Shown here piece by piece: positions 1 through 8,963 of a DNA stretch of 43,104 bases. The translations under genes were made by a program, and so were the position numbers. The stretch covers positions 1 to 43,104 of the forward strand of contig CAZBJD010000003.1 of NCBI GenBank assembly GCA_964492155.1. Reading direction: 5' to 3'. Position 1 is the first letter of the stretch, and each line of letters opens with the position of its first letter. This DNA is from an uncultured Eubacteriales bacterium (lineage in GTDB: Bacteria > Bacillota > Clostridia > RGIG6154). A model generated the notes under the pieces. It did no database searches. It was not told the origin of the DNA and saw nothing but the letters and a program-made list of their open reading frames with translations.

Positions 1-413
1 TTAGCATTGTACTTGAATCGGCACTCTCTGCACTATACTTTTTGCTTGCACGTTCTTTTTCGACAGAAAGCAATACTGATACCGATCGCTCTGAAAGAAA
101 TTCGGTTTATAAAGTGGCAAAATATATCAATGATAACTATAGAAGTGACATAAATGCCAAAAAGATAGCAGAAGAATTCTGTTGTTCAAGAGGCAGACTG
201 TCGGATGCTTTTAAAAAGTATGCAGGCGTCAGTATCAGTGAATACATCAACCAGTTAAGAATTAAAAATACCATCAATCTTTTGCAGGATGGGACAAGAA
301 TAGGTGAAGCGGCATTTGAAAGCGGGTTTCAGAGTTTGCGTTCTTTTAACGGTGTGTTTAAAAGATATATGGGGGTTACACCCACTGAATATATCAAATG
401 TATGAAAAAGTAA
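1..413 (+). CDS. AraC/XylS-family transcriptional regulator, C-terminal HTH portion (5' end cut by window edge)
   Basis: The reading frame stays open to position 3 with no stop upstream of the listed TTG at 42. The C-terminal double-HTH AraC signature is present (ISEYINQLRIKNTINLL ... GFQSLRSFNGVFKRYMGVTPTEY). Confidence 0.8.
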   Translation, partial: SIVLESALSALYFLLARSFSTESNTDTDRSERNSVYKVAKYINDNYRSDINAKKIAEEFCCSRGRLSDAFKKYAGVSISEYINQLRIKNTINLLQDGTRIGEAAFESGFQSLRSFNGVFKRYMGVTPTEYIKCMKK

Positions 414-422
414 ATGATAAAA

Positions 423-449
423 GCGGCGATTAAAATCGCCGTTTTTTTG
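423..449 (+). terminator. Rho-independent terminator after the AraC gene
   Basis: GC-rich hairpin gcggcga-ttaaaa-tcgccg followed by a T7 run (442-448). Confidence 0.6.
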
Positions 450-533
450 TTTGAAATAAGCAATGTTATATAATTTCGTTTACCTGAATTTTCGAAAATG
501 ATATAATTTAAAAAAGAAAGTGAGGTAATTTAT

Positions 534-1106
534 ATGAAAATGGTAAAAGATAAAAAATTGGTTGTAGGTGCGGATTTTGCAGGCTATCCGTTAAAAGAGG
601 CGGTTTGTGAGCATCTTCGCAAAAAAGGTTGGGAAATTACAGATTTAGGTGTTAAAGCAGACTCTGACCCCAACGATACAGATTTGATGTTTCACAGAGT
701 AGGCCTTAGAGTTGGTGCAACCATTTCAGAGGGCGAATTTGAAAGAGCACTTTTGTTCTGCGGCACAGGTATGGGTATACATATTGCTGCAAGCAAGTGC
801 CCACATGTTCATGCAGGTGTTGTTGAAAGTGTTCCCGCGGCACTTCGCGCAATCACAGGTAACGGAGTAAACGTTTTAGCTATGGGTGCATTTTATGTAG
901 CACCTGCTATGGGTTGTGATATTGCAGATGCTTATCTTAATGCAGATTTAGGTACAGGCTACGAATGGTGGAAGAACTTCTATGAATTCCATAAACTTGC
1001 AATTGACGAGCTTGAAGAATTCAACTATGAAGAATATAAAAAGAACGGTTTTAAAGTAAATAAATTAGGTGATTTCCCGCTCAAGCTTGAAACAAAACCT
1101 GAATAA
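534..1106 (+). CDS. RpiB/LacA/LacB-family sugar-phosphate isomerase with about 40-aa C-terminal extension
   Basis: N-terminal VGADFAGYPLKEAV and the catalytic-Cys loop FCGTGMGIHIAASK are typical of RpiB/LacAB. SD GTGAGGT lies 7 nt upstream of the ATG. Confidence 0.75.
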   Translation: MKMVKDKKLVVGADFAGYPLKEAVCEHLRKKGWEITDLGVKADSDPNDTDLMFHRVGLRVGATISEGEFERALLFCGTGMGIHIAASKCPHVHAGVVESVPAALRAITGNGVNVLAMGAFYVAPAMGCDIADAYLNADLGTGYEWWKNFYEFHKLAIDELEEFNYEEYKKNGFKVNKLGDFPLKLETKPE

Positions 1107-1117
1107 GGAGTTATATT

Positions 1118-1837
1118 ATGAAAATTGTTGAAAAGTTCAAGGCAAAAAGTGAAGACCGCCTTGAAGCGGGGGTAACTATCGGTTTTTTAGGTGACAGTGT
1201 AACACAAGGGTGCTTTGAGCTTTACAGAAAAGCACCTGATAGGCTTGCAACTGTATTTGATAAAAATAGCGTGTATCACAACTGCATCTATAAAATATTT
1301 TCTGTGCTTTATCCTGATGTGCCTGTAAATATTATCAATGGCGGAGTTAGTGGCACAGGAGCGGGAAACGGACTTAAAAGACTGGAGCGGGATGTGCTTT
1401 CTCACAATCCCGATTTAGTGGTTGTTTGCTTTGGATTAAATGACTGCAGAAATGGTATAGAGGGAATAGAAAACTACCAAAATGCTTTAGGCGAAATCTT
1501 TAAAAAAATTTCAGATGCAGGCAAAGAAGTAATCTTTATGACTCCCAATATGCTTAACACAGGTATCAGTCCCCATATAACCGATGATATGGTACTTGAT
1601 AACGCAAAAGAGCTTATGGAAATTCAAAACAGCGGTGTTGTGGATAAATATATGCAGGCTGCAAAACAGGCTTGCGATAAGCATAATGTCAGAGTGTGTG
1701 ATTGTTACTCTAAATGGAAACTGCTTTATAACAGCGGTGTTGATGTTACAGAGCTTTTGTCAAATAAAGTAAACCATCCTGTAAGAGAGATGCATTGGCT
1801 TTTTGCCGGAATGCTTGTTGACACTATGTTAAATTAG
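1118..1837 (+). CDS. SGNH/GDSL-family hydrolase (esterase/acylhydrolase)
   Basis: SGNH blocks are present: GDSVTQG (block I), GVSGTG (II), GLNDC (III), NHP near the C-terminus (V). SD AAGGAG lies 7 nt upstream. Confidence 0.8.
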   Translation: MKIVEKFKAKSEDRLEAGVTIGFLGDSVTQGCFELYRKAPDRLATVFDKNSVYHNCIYKIFSVLYPDVPVNIINGGVSGTGAGNGLKRLERDVLSHNPDLVVVCFGLNDCRNGIEGIENYQNALGEIFKKISDAGKEVIFMTPNMLNTGISPHITDDMVLDNAKELMEIQNSGVVDKYMQAAKQACDKHNVRVCDCYSKWKLLYNSGVDVTELLSNKVNHPVREMHWLFAGMLVDTMLN

Positions 1838-1847
1838 GAGAGCTTTG

Positions 1848-4367
1848 ATGAAAAATATTTACCTGAATGAAAATAATGTTTTTTCAGAAAAAGATTTTAA
1901 AAATCCGCCAAAGTTGTACGCACCTACATATAATTGGGTGTGGAATGGTGCATTAAGCCACGAAGAAACAGATAAACAACTTGATGAATTTGAAAGACTT
2001 GGCATTAAAGCTATATGTATGGTTGTAGAACCAAAGGATTTCAGACCTAACAGTATGCCGTCTTTATTAACTCCTGATTACTTAACAGAGCCATATTTTG
2101 AGGAATACAAATACGCAGTAGAACGTGCTAAAGAAAAAGGGATGTATGTGTGGCTCTACGACGAAGGCGGCTGGCCGTCGGGCGGTGCCTGCGGTCAGGT
2201 TATGATAAAGCACCCTGAATACGCAAGAAGAAAGCTTGACGTAAGAGAAAAAGAACTTAAAACAGGTGAGGTTTACAATCTGACAAAGGATGTGCTTTCT
2301 GCCTATGTAAATGATGTTTTGATAACAGATGGTTTTAAAGCACAAGCAGACTGCAAGGTCGTTGAATACTACGAGCATATTCAATTGTTTGAAATGAAAG
2401 GAATTCCTGAAATTCCTGATGTAACAAGAAAAGAAGCGGTTGACTGCTTTATTGAACTGACTCACGAAGGCTATAAGCCATATCTCGAGGAATTCTTTGG
2501 CGATACAATTTTAACAGTTTTTTCTGATGAATCCCACGGACCGGTAATGCCTTTCAGAGAAGAGCTTGAAAAAGCGTTTTTAGAAGAAAACGGATATTCA
2601 ATCAGAGAGTATTTGCCATATCTGTTAAAAGCAGGGGATATGCCGGAGTATGCTGCTAAAGCTAAATATTCATGGCTTGATTTGTGCTCAAGATTTTTCT
2701 GCAAGAATTATCTTCTTAATGAAAAGGAATGGTCGAATAAACATGGATTGTTGTTTACCGGTCATTTCGGCGGCGAAAACTCTACTTATTTTGGTATGGA
2801 CAGAGCAGGTTATTATAACCTGATGAGAGCTTTAAGATGCTTTGACATACCGGGAGTAGATGCAATCTGGAGACAGATTTATCCTACATTTACAGTGGGA
2901 GAGCGCGATTATAGCATCAAGTTCAACAACGGATTTTTCCCTCGTTATGCTTCATCTGCCGCGGCACAGGTAGGTTCTCGTCGTGCAGTTACAGAGTCGA
3001 TGGGCGTGTATGGTGCAGGTGCCAGCTTTGATGATATGAGATATGTGTTTAACTATCAGGCGGTGCGTGGAATTAATGTGTTTAATGTGTTCGGAACATT
3101 TTACAGTCGTGAAGGTTTTCATATGATGGGCGAAATGCCTCTCTTTACCGAAAAGCACGCCTGCTATAAGGACCTTCCTGCATTTAACAGCTTTGCAGAG
3201 CGTCTTTCTTATTTAGCATCATTGGGTGAAAGAATTTCGGATGTGGGATACTATATGCCTGTAAATGACTGCTTTGTTGATGGTGGCTGGATTGTTGATG
3301 ATAATCCGAAAAATGCATCAAAAATATATGAAAGAATTGGTAATTCTCTTGAGGATGCAAATGTTTTATTTGACATTATTGATGATGATGTTTTAAATGC
3401 ATCAGTTAAAACTGCTTCCGAGGGAATTATCAGTATGGGTAAGGGCGAGTATAAAACTATTGTTGTACCACCTTGCAGATATATGCCGCAAAAGAGTATT
3501 GAAGTGTTAAATAGCTTTATTTCATCAGGCGGAAAAGTGTTTATAGTATCACCTCAAGAAATTTCTGGAATTTGCGGAGCAAAGTATGTTGCTGACGTTA
3601 AAAACATTATTCCAAAAGTTCTTGAAATTTCAGGAGATACAGAAAAAATCAGACTTGGAGTAAGAATAACCGAAACAGGTATGCTTTATATGCTTTTCAA
3701 TGAAAGCAATCAAGAAAAATCGTTTAAGCTGGAAACTGATAAGAAATTAACAAGACTTTATGCTGAAACGGGAAAAATTATCAGTCCCAGAAACTATAAT
3801 GTAACACTAAAATCTGGTGAAATGGCATTTTTCTTTGATGGAGTGCTTGAAGCAGAAACTGAAAAAACATATGAAAAATGTATTGAACTTAAGGATTTTT
3901 CCTTTAAGAGAACCAACAGATTTATCATAGGTGATATGAATTTTATATCACAGGATATTAACGAAGATGAACAACCCATAAATCTTGGCGACTGGTCAGA
4001 TATTGTTGGCACAGGTTTTTCGGGCAGCGGAATTTACAAGACTACATTTTTAAAACCCAAACATGCCGGAAATATCCTGATAGACTTAGGTCAGGTTCAT
4101 TATTCATGCGAGGTGTTTGTAAACGGAAAATCTTTGGGTGTTATTCCGATGAGTCCGTTCATATGCTTCATTCCTGAAGAAATATTAAGAGGTGAAAATC
4201 TGCTTGAAATTCGTGTGAGCAACACCCCTGCAAATGAGTATGAAAGCACCACTTCCTTTGATAAATGGCAGCCCTGGCAGCTTACTACTTATTATCCTAC
4301 ACAAAAATTGTATCATGTAGACTCAATTTCAGGCGGATTGTATGGTCCGGTGAAAATATATTATTGA
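1848..4367 (+). CDS. Large glycoside hydrolase, family uncertain (possibly GH106-like alpha-L-rhamnosidase type with C-terminal jelly-roll/galactose-binding-like domain)
   Basis: 839-840 aa. The N-terminal pattern NPPKLYAPTYNWVWNG ... WLYDEGGWPSGGACG resembles what I recall for GH106-like enzymes. The C-terminal segment (SGIYKTTF ... CEVFVNGKSLGV ... LEIRVSN) looks like a sugar-binding beta-sandwich. ATG at 1848 follows SD AGGAGAG; the ORF track starts at TTG 1845. Confidence 0.55.
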   Translation: MKNIYLNENNVFSEKDFKNPPKLYAPTYNWVWNGALSHEETDKQLDEFERLGIKAICMVVEPKDFRPNSMPSLLTPDYLTEPYFEEYKYAVERAKEKGMYVWLYDEGGWPSGGACGQVMIKHPEYARRKLDVREKELKTGEVYNLTKDVLSAYVNDVLITDGFKAQADCKVVEYYEHIQLFEMKGIPEIPDVTRKEAVDCFIELTHEGYKPYLEEFFGDTILTVFSDESHGPVMPFREELEKAFLEENGYSIREYLPYLLKAGDMPEYAAKAKYSWLDLCSRFFCKNYLLNEKEWSNKHGLLFTGHFGGENSTYFGMDRAGYYNLMRALRCFDIPGVDAIWRQIYPTFTVGERDYSIKFNNGFFPRYASSAAAQVGSRRAVTESMGVYGAGASFDDMRYVFNYQAVRGINVFNVFGTFYSREGFHMMGEMPLFTEKHACYKDLPAFNSFAERLSYLASLGERISDVGYYMPVNDCFVDGGWIVDDNPKNASKIYERIGNSLEDANVLFDIIDDDVLNASVKTASEGIISMGKGEYKTIVVPPCRYMPQKSIEVLNSFISSGGKVFIVSPQEISGICGAKYVADVKNIIPKVLEISGDTEKIRLGVRITETGMLYMLFNESNQEKSFKLETDKKLTRLYAETGKIISPRNYNVTLKSGEMAFFFDGVLEAETEKTYEKCIELKDFSFKRTNRFIIGDMNFISQDINEDEQPINLGDWSDIVGTGFSGSGIYKTTFLKPKHAGNILIDLGQVHYSCEVFVNGKSLGVIPMSPFICFIPEEILRGENLLEIRVSNTPANEYESTTSFDKWQPWQLTTYYPTQKLYHVDSISGGLYGPVKIYY

Positions 4368-4413
4368 TTTAGCAGAGCTTTTGTGGTATTCTTTAATTAA
4401 AGGATAGGTGTAT

Positions 4414-5157
4414 ATGAATATAGAAAGTGTAACTCCAACAGTTTTCGGCAGATGTGATTGTGTGAACAGAATATTTCCTGAGCATAATGCCGGGATGAAC
4501 AGGCTTTATTATGTAAATCGGGGCAATATGCTTTTAAAGTCAGAACAAGGCGAAATCCTGATGAAGGAAGGCTTTTTGTACTTGTTACCCCACAATAATA
4601 TAAACACCATAACAACTGAATATGTTGACCATACATTTTTAAATTTTTACACATTTCCGCAGATATTTAATGAAAATGTGATAGAAATTGACATTTCAAA
4701 ACATCAGGTGTTAAAATCTGCCTTTGATGCAATCAATGCTTATGTAAAGGACAATCCGGGGAAATCTATATCTTCAAGAAATGATTCCAGACGGCTTTTT
4801 GTAGGTTCGTTTTTATCAATTATTTTGTTTTTGATAAATGATATAAGTAGGATTTGCCTGATTGACGACAAACTTGTTAACGATGCTATAGAGTATATTC
4901 ACAAAAACTATTCTGAAGCGATTACTGTAGCAGAGCTTGCAAAGTATTTTCATATGGAGCAAAACAGCTTTATCCGCAGATTTAAAAAGCACGCAAACGT
5001 AACACCCTATCAGTATTTAAAGAAGGTTCGTGTAAATATGGCATTTTCGCTGATGAAGGGCGACGGATACGACATGGCTGAGATTGCAAAAAAAGTAGGT
5101 TATTCTGATGCGTCAACCCTTTCTCACGCCATAAAAAGTTTCGTTACAATCGGATAA
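4414..5157 (+). CDS. AraC-family transcriptional regulator (cupin-like sensor + HTH)
   Basis: C-terminal AraC HTH (ITVAELAKYFHMEQNSFIRRFKKHANVTPYQYLKKVR ... GYSDASTLSHAIK). ATG at 4414 is 9 nt after AAAGGA; the ORF track starts at GTG 4408. Confidence 0.8.
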   Translation: MNIESVTPTVFGRCDCVNRIFPEHNAGMNRLYYVNRGNMLLKSEQGEILMKEGFLYLLPHNNINTITTEYVDHTFLNFYTFPQIFNENVIEIDISKHQVLKSAFDAINAYVKDNPGKSISSRNDSRRLFVGSFLSIILFLINDISRICLIDDKLVNDAIEYIHKNYSEAITVAELAKYFHMEQNSFIRRFKKHANVTPYQYLKKVRVNMAFSLMKGDGYDMAEIAKKVGYSDASTLSHAIKSFVTIG

Positions 5158-5342
5158 AAAAGCATCATTTTATTTCAGTAATTCTGCCGATTTCGGTTAC
5201 AGAGAATGTGTTTATCGAGAATATTTTTCAATTCTCGCAGAGTATTGTTGACTAACTCGCACTTTGCCCCTTTCATATCATATTAAAGATTATTGTTTGA
5301 ATAAAATATTTGTAAAGATGTTTTTAAAAAATTATCAAGGGG

Positions 5343-5531
5343 GTGAATATTACGAATTTATGTGGGTTTACCGCATCCATAACTGCAGTTGCTAATGCAA
5401 TTTCAAGCAAGTTAAGCATTGAGGAAACAACTTTGCTTGCGACTGCTTTAGTCCAATTAGGCGACATGTTGGCAACTATTGCTACACAAAGGGCAATATG
5501 CGAGGCAAAAGATGATAAAAGCAAGGACTAA
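5343..5531 (+). CDS. Small hypothetical protein (62 aa), Ala/Thr-rich helical
   Basis: ORF preceded by AAGGGGG. The sequence (..ASITAVANAIS..EETTLLATALVQLGDMLATIATQRAICE..) resembles small conserved Clostridial proteins of unknown function. Start codon is uncertain (GTG directly abuts the SD). Confidence 0.4.
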   Translation: MNITNLCGFTASITAVANAISSKLSIEETTLLATALVQLGDMLATIATQRAICEAKDDKSKD

Positions 5532-6202
5532 TTTATCGGGAATAAAGTGAGGTTATTGTTTTTATCACATATTCCTAAATATATCTCTTTTGCATTGCTA
5601 TATTTTTGCTTCTTTAATTGTTTGTCGAGCCATGTCAAATCAAGCCCGAGTCTTTTTAGATTTTCGTGCAAAATACGACCATCCATAATAATCTCAGTGC
5701 ATATTTCCGCTTTCTTGGGGGTAATATTCATATCCTCCGGAGTGAGCGGTCTTTTTTCGCTTTTTGGCAAAATTGTAATTCTGCCGTTATACTCAAAAAC
5801 AGCAGTTTCGATATCGTTTATATTAAAATAACCTTCCTGCCTACACAAAACCATAAATTCAGAAAGCTCAAGCTTTGCCTTTTTCATATTATTTCGATAC
5901 AGCTTTCCGTTATCCATAACAATGGTTGGCGTTCCGTTGATATATTTGCGGGTTTTGGGGAACTTGTGTGCAAGTATCGTAAGCCCAAGTGCAACAAGAC
6001 CGTAGATTGTCATTGCAATAAGGGGTTTCCACGGGGCTTCCAATTCTGTTGCAAGCTCTGCTGCTATTGAGCCAATGGTGATACCTGTAATATAATCAAA
6101 AAAATCAAGTTGTGCCATTTGTTTGTGTCCCGTTATTTTGGCAATCACAAACAACGACACTGCTGATAGTAAAGAAGTTAGAATAACTTTAATAAATTCC
6201 AA
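5528..6202 (-). CDS. DUF421 (YetF/YdfS-like) membrane protein
   Basis: N-terminal TM helices followed by the ITGHKQMAQLDFFDYITGITIGS motif typical of DUF421, and a soluble C-terminal domain. TTG start. Confidence 0.75.
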   Translation of the reverse strand: MEFIKVILTSLLSAVSLFVIAKITGHKQMAQLDFFDYITGITIGSIAAELATELEAPWKPLIAMTIYGLVALGLTILAHKFPKTRKYINGTPTIVMDNGKLYRNNMKKAKLELSEFMVLCRQEGYFNINDIETAVFEYNGRITILPKSEKRPLTPEDMNITPKKAEICTEIIMDGRILHENLKRLGLDLTWLDKQLKKQKYSNAKEIYLGICDKNNNLTLFPIN

Positions 6203-6319
6203 TTATAAATCACATCCTTTTTCTTTATTATGTGATTTTTGTCAAATATTTATTATATCAATACATTTGACGGCACGGAATTATATCAAAATGTATTCAG
6301 CCTTTTGCTTTTAAATAAT

Positions 6320-6832
6320 TTAAATCTCAGGAACGATATAATTACTGCTTTTCAGTGCAGTTTCGATTTTGTCAAGTATTTCCTCGGAATCTGCGCTGAC
6401 GGTGTGGTAATGATATCCTCCTGTAATATTCATCAGCTCGGAGGACTTCCCGGTTCTGACTCCTTCCAGAAACAGGGAAATATGGTGCCTCGATGAGATG
6501 TTGAGTTTGGCTGATACCCTGCCGTAAACCTTATGCCACACAAAAACATCCGAAACAGTTCCTCCGAAGTCAACAATCGTGTTGAGTTCATCTTCCGTTT
6601 GTTCTTTTGTATGAAAAACCTTAAACACCCTTTCAACCAAAGGCGTGCTTTGCATAATATAACCGCTGTGGGTTGATATAATATCATAACCTGCAGCCTT
6701 TAAAGCAGAAATATCCTGCACAATAATCTGACGTGATACGCCGAATTGTCCGGACAATTGCCCTCCCGAGATTGCCTTCTGCTCCGACATCATATAATTT
6801 GCTATTTCTTTTCTTCTTTCATCTGCCCTCAT
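6320..6832 (-). CDS. niaR: Niacin-responsive transcriptional repressor NiaR (HTH_11 + 3H domain)
   Basis: N-terminus ERRKEIANYM...ISGGQLSGQFGVSRQIIVQDISALKAAGYDI plus a His-rich 3H-type C-terminal domain. It is the last gene of the nadABC operon. Confidence 0.85.
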   Translation of the reverse strand: MRADERRKEIANYMMSEQKAISGGQLSGQFGVSRQIIVQDISALKAAGYDIISTHSGYIMQSTPLVERVFKVFHTKEQTEDELNTIVDFGGTVSDVFVWHKVYGRVSAKLNISSRHHISLFLEGVRTGKSSELMNITGGYHYHTVSADSEEILDKIETALKSSNYIVPEI

Positions 6833-6844
6833 ATTTTCACCTCA

Positions 6845-7696
6845 TTAAACTGTATGAAGGTTTTTGAGCGAAAGGTCAAGAATTGGCGATGAATGTGTAA
6901 GTGCCCCGCTGGATATATAGTCTACACCGATATCAACCAACTTTGCCACATTTTCCTTTGTTACATTGCCGCTGCACTCAGTTTCAGCTTTGCCTGCCGT
7001 AAGCCTTACTGCTTTTTTCATATCTTCAACACTCATATTGTCAAGCATAATGATATCTGCACCTGCTTCCAGTGCATCTTTAAGCATATCAAGATTTTCT
7101 ACTTCAACTTCAATTTTTCTGACAAAAGGTGCATATTCCTTTGCCATACGAATTGCCTCTTTTACGCCGCCTGCAGCTCCGATGTGGTTGTCCTTTAAAA
7201 GAATACCGTCGCTTAAATTAAATCTGTGATTGTATCCGCCGCCGACTTTGACTGCGTATTTTTCAAACACACGCATATTCGGAGTTGTTTTTCTTGTATC
7301 AAGCAATTTTGTTTTTGTACCTTCAAGAAGGTCTGCAATTTTTCTTGTGTAAGTAGCAATTCCGCTCATTCTCTGCAGATAGTTAAGAGCCGTACGCTCG
7401 CCTGAAAGAAGAACTCTGATATCGCCGCGGACAATTCCGAGCTTCTGCCCGTTTTCAACACGGTCGCCGTCTTTGCAGAAAAATGTAACTTCGGTGCTTG
7501 CATCCAAAAGCTCAAACACTCTTTTGAACACATCAAGTCCTGCAATTACGCCGACCTCTTTACATATCAGTTCAACCTCGCCCAACCGATATTCCGACAT
7601 AACGGAATTTGTTGTGATATCTTCGCTTGTTATATCCTCCTTGAGCGCAGCAAGAATTAAATCGTCGGCGTTCAGCTTCATTGTAATATTATTCAT
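6845..7696 (-). CDS. nadC: Nicotinate-nucleotide pyrophosphorylase (carboxylating), NadC
   Basis: QPRTase motifs (RTALNYLQRMSGIAT, LDTRKTTPNMR, KDNHI, IMLDNM). ATG at 7696 has SD AAGGAG 10 nt upstream and overlaps the nadB stop by 8 nt. The ORF track extends to 7717. Confidence 0.9.
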   Translation of the reverse strand: MNNITMKLNADDLILAALKEDITSEDITTNSVMSEYRLGEVELICKEVGVIAGLDVFKRVFELLDASTEVTFFCKDGDRVENGQKLGIVRGDIRVLLSGERTALNYLQRMSGIATYTRKIADLLEGTKTKLLDTRKTTPNMRVFEKYAVKVGGGYNHRFNLSDGILLKDNHIGAAGGVKEAIRMAKEYAPFVRKIEVEVENLDMLKDALEAGADIIMLDNMSVEDMKKAVRLTAGKAETECSGNVTKENVAKLVDIGVDYISSGALTHSSPILDLSLKNLHTV

Positions 7697-8963
7697 GGCT
7701 CTTTTGCTCCTTTTCAATAGAATTCAAAATCATTTCTTTATATTTTTCCTGATAGTTTTCATATTCCGATGCGTTGACATCAATTACTATCGGTTCTTTT
7801 AATATGTTGTAATTAAGATTTATATCTGATGCGGCACGTTTTGCAAAAACAAGGCTTTCAAGCAGAGAATTGCTTGCCAGACGGTTTTTCCCGTGGACAC
7901 CATTGCACGCCGTTTCACCAATGGCATACAGCCTGTCCATACTTGTTTTGCTGAACCCGTCAACGTCAATACCGCCCATAAAGTAGTGCTGAGACGGAAC
8001 AACGGGGATTGGTTCTTTGGTTACATCATACCCTTCTTCAAGACAATGCTGATAAATATTGGGGAAATGCGTTTTTATTTCTTCATCGGAAATTGGTTTG
8101 AGCGATAGCCACACGTGCTCGCTGCCTTCCTTTTTCATTTCGTCAAAAATGGCTTTTGTCACAACATCACGCGGAAGCAATTCGTCAACAAAACGCTCTC
8201 CTTTTGAATTAAGAAGCACTGCACCTTCGCCTCTTACCGATTCTGAAATAAGAAACTCCCTGCCGTCTTTTTTTGTAAACAGGGTTGTAGGATGTATTTG
8301 TATGTAATCAATATGCTGCAATTTTATATTATATTTTATGGCTAGTGCAATAGAATCGCCTGTCAGATGGCGGTAGTTGGTGGAATGCTTAAACAGACCG
8401 CCTATTCCTCCTGTTGCAAGGACGGTATAATTGGCATTTACTGTCTGATAGTTTCCGCCTTCATCGTGACCGATAATTCCGTGGCACACATTATCTTCAC
8501 AAATCAAATCAACCATTGTAAAGTTTTCTATAAGGGTAATATTTTTACGATTTCTTGCTGCTTCTAAGAGATGAGATGTAATTTCCTTGCCTGTTTCATC
8601 TTCGTGAAAAAGAATTCTCGCCTTTGAATGTGCACCTTCTTTTGTATATGTAAACGCTTCGCCGTTTTTTTCAAAACGCACACCGAAGGAAACAAGGTCT
8701 TTTATAACACCCTGAGACGAGCGAATCATAATATCCACCGAATCGGGATTGTTTTCGTAATGTCCCGCTTTCATTGTATCTTCAAAAAAAGAATGGTAAT
8801 CCTCATCATCTTTTAAAACACAAATTCCGCCCTGAGCAAGATATGAGTCGCTTTTTCGGGCTTTGTTTTTTGTTACAATCAAAATATCTCTGTTTTCGGG
8901 AAAGTTAAGTGCACAGTACAGTCCCGCAACACCGCATCCCACAATTAATATGTCTGTGTTCAT
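7689..8963 (-). CDS. nadB: L-aspartate oxidase, NadB (short, 424-aa form)
   Basis: FAD-binding N-terminus DILIVGCGVAGL, and SYLAQGGI, HPT, GLYAIGE..CNGVHGKNRLASNSLLE motifs of the fumarate reductase/aspartate oxidase family. Confidence 0.9.
   Translation of the reverse strand: MNTDILIVGCGVAGLYCALNFPENRDILIVTKNKARKSDSYLAQGGICVLKDDEDYHSFFEDTMKAGHYENNPDSVDIMIRSSQGVIKDLVSFGVRFEKNGEAFTYTKEGAHSKARILFHEDETGKEITSHLLEAARNRKNITLIENFTMVDLICEDNVCHGIIGHDEGGNYQTVNANYTVLATGGIGGLFKHSTNYRHLTGDSIALAIKYNIKLQHIDYIQIHPTTLFTKKDGREFLISESVRGEGAVLLNSKGERFVDELLPRDVVTKAIFDEMKKEGSEHVWLSLKPISDEEIKTHFPNIYQHCLEEGYDVTKEPIPVVPSQHYFMGGIDVDGFSKTSMDRLYAIGETACNGVHGKNRLASNSLLESLVFAKRAASDINLNYNILKEPIVIDVNASEYENYQEKYKEMILNSIEKEQKSHE

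Noticed and set aside
5324-5524. 66-aa minus-strand ORF overlapping the small plus-strand ORF
   Set aside because: It has no SD and would run into the DUF421 gene region. The plus-strand frame has the better initiation context and a more protein-like sequence.
7689-8963. NadB possibly truncated or a pseudogene (424 aa versus about 540 aa in E. coli)
   Set aside because: The ORF is intact and contains all the FAD and active-site motifs I can recognise. It is translationally coupled to both neighbours. A lineage-typical short form lacking the C-terminal helical domain is more likely.
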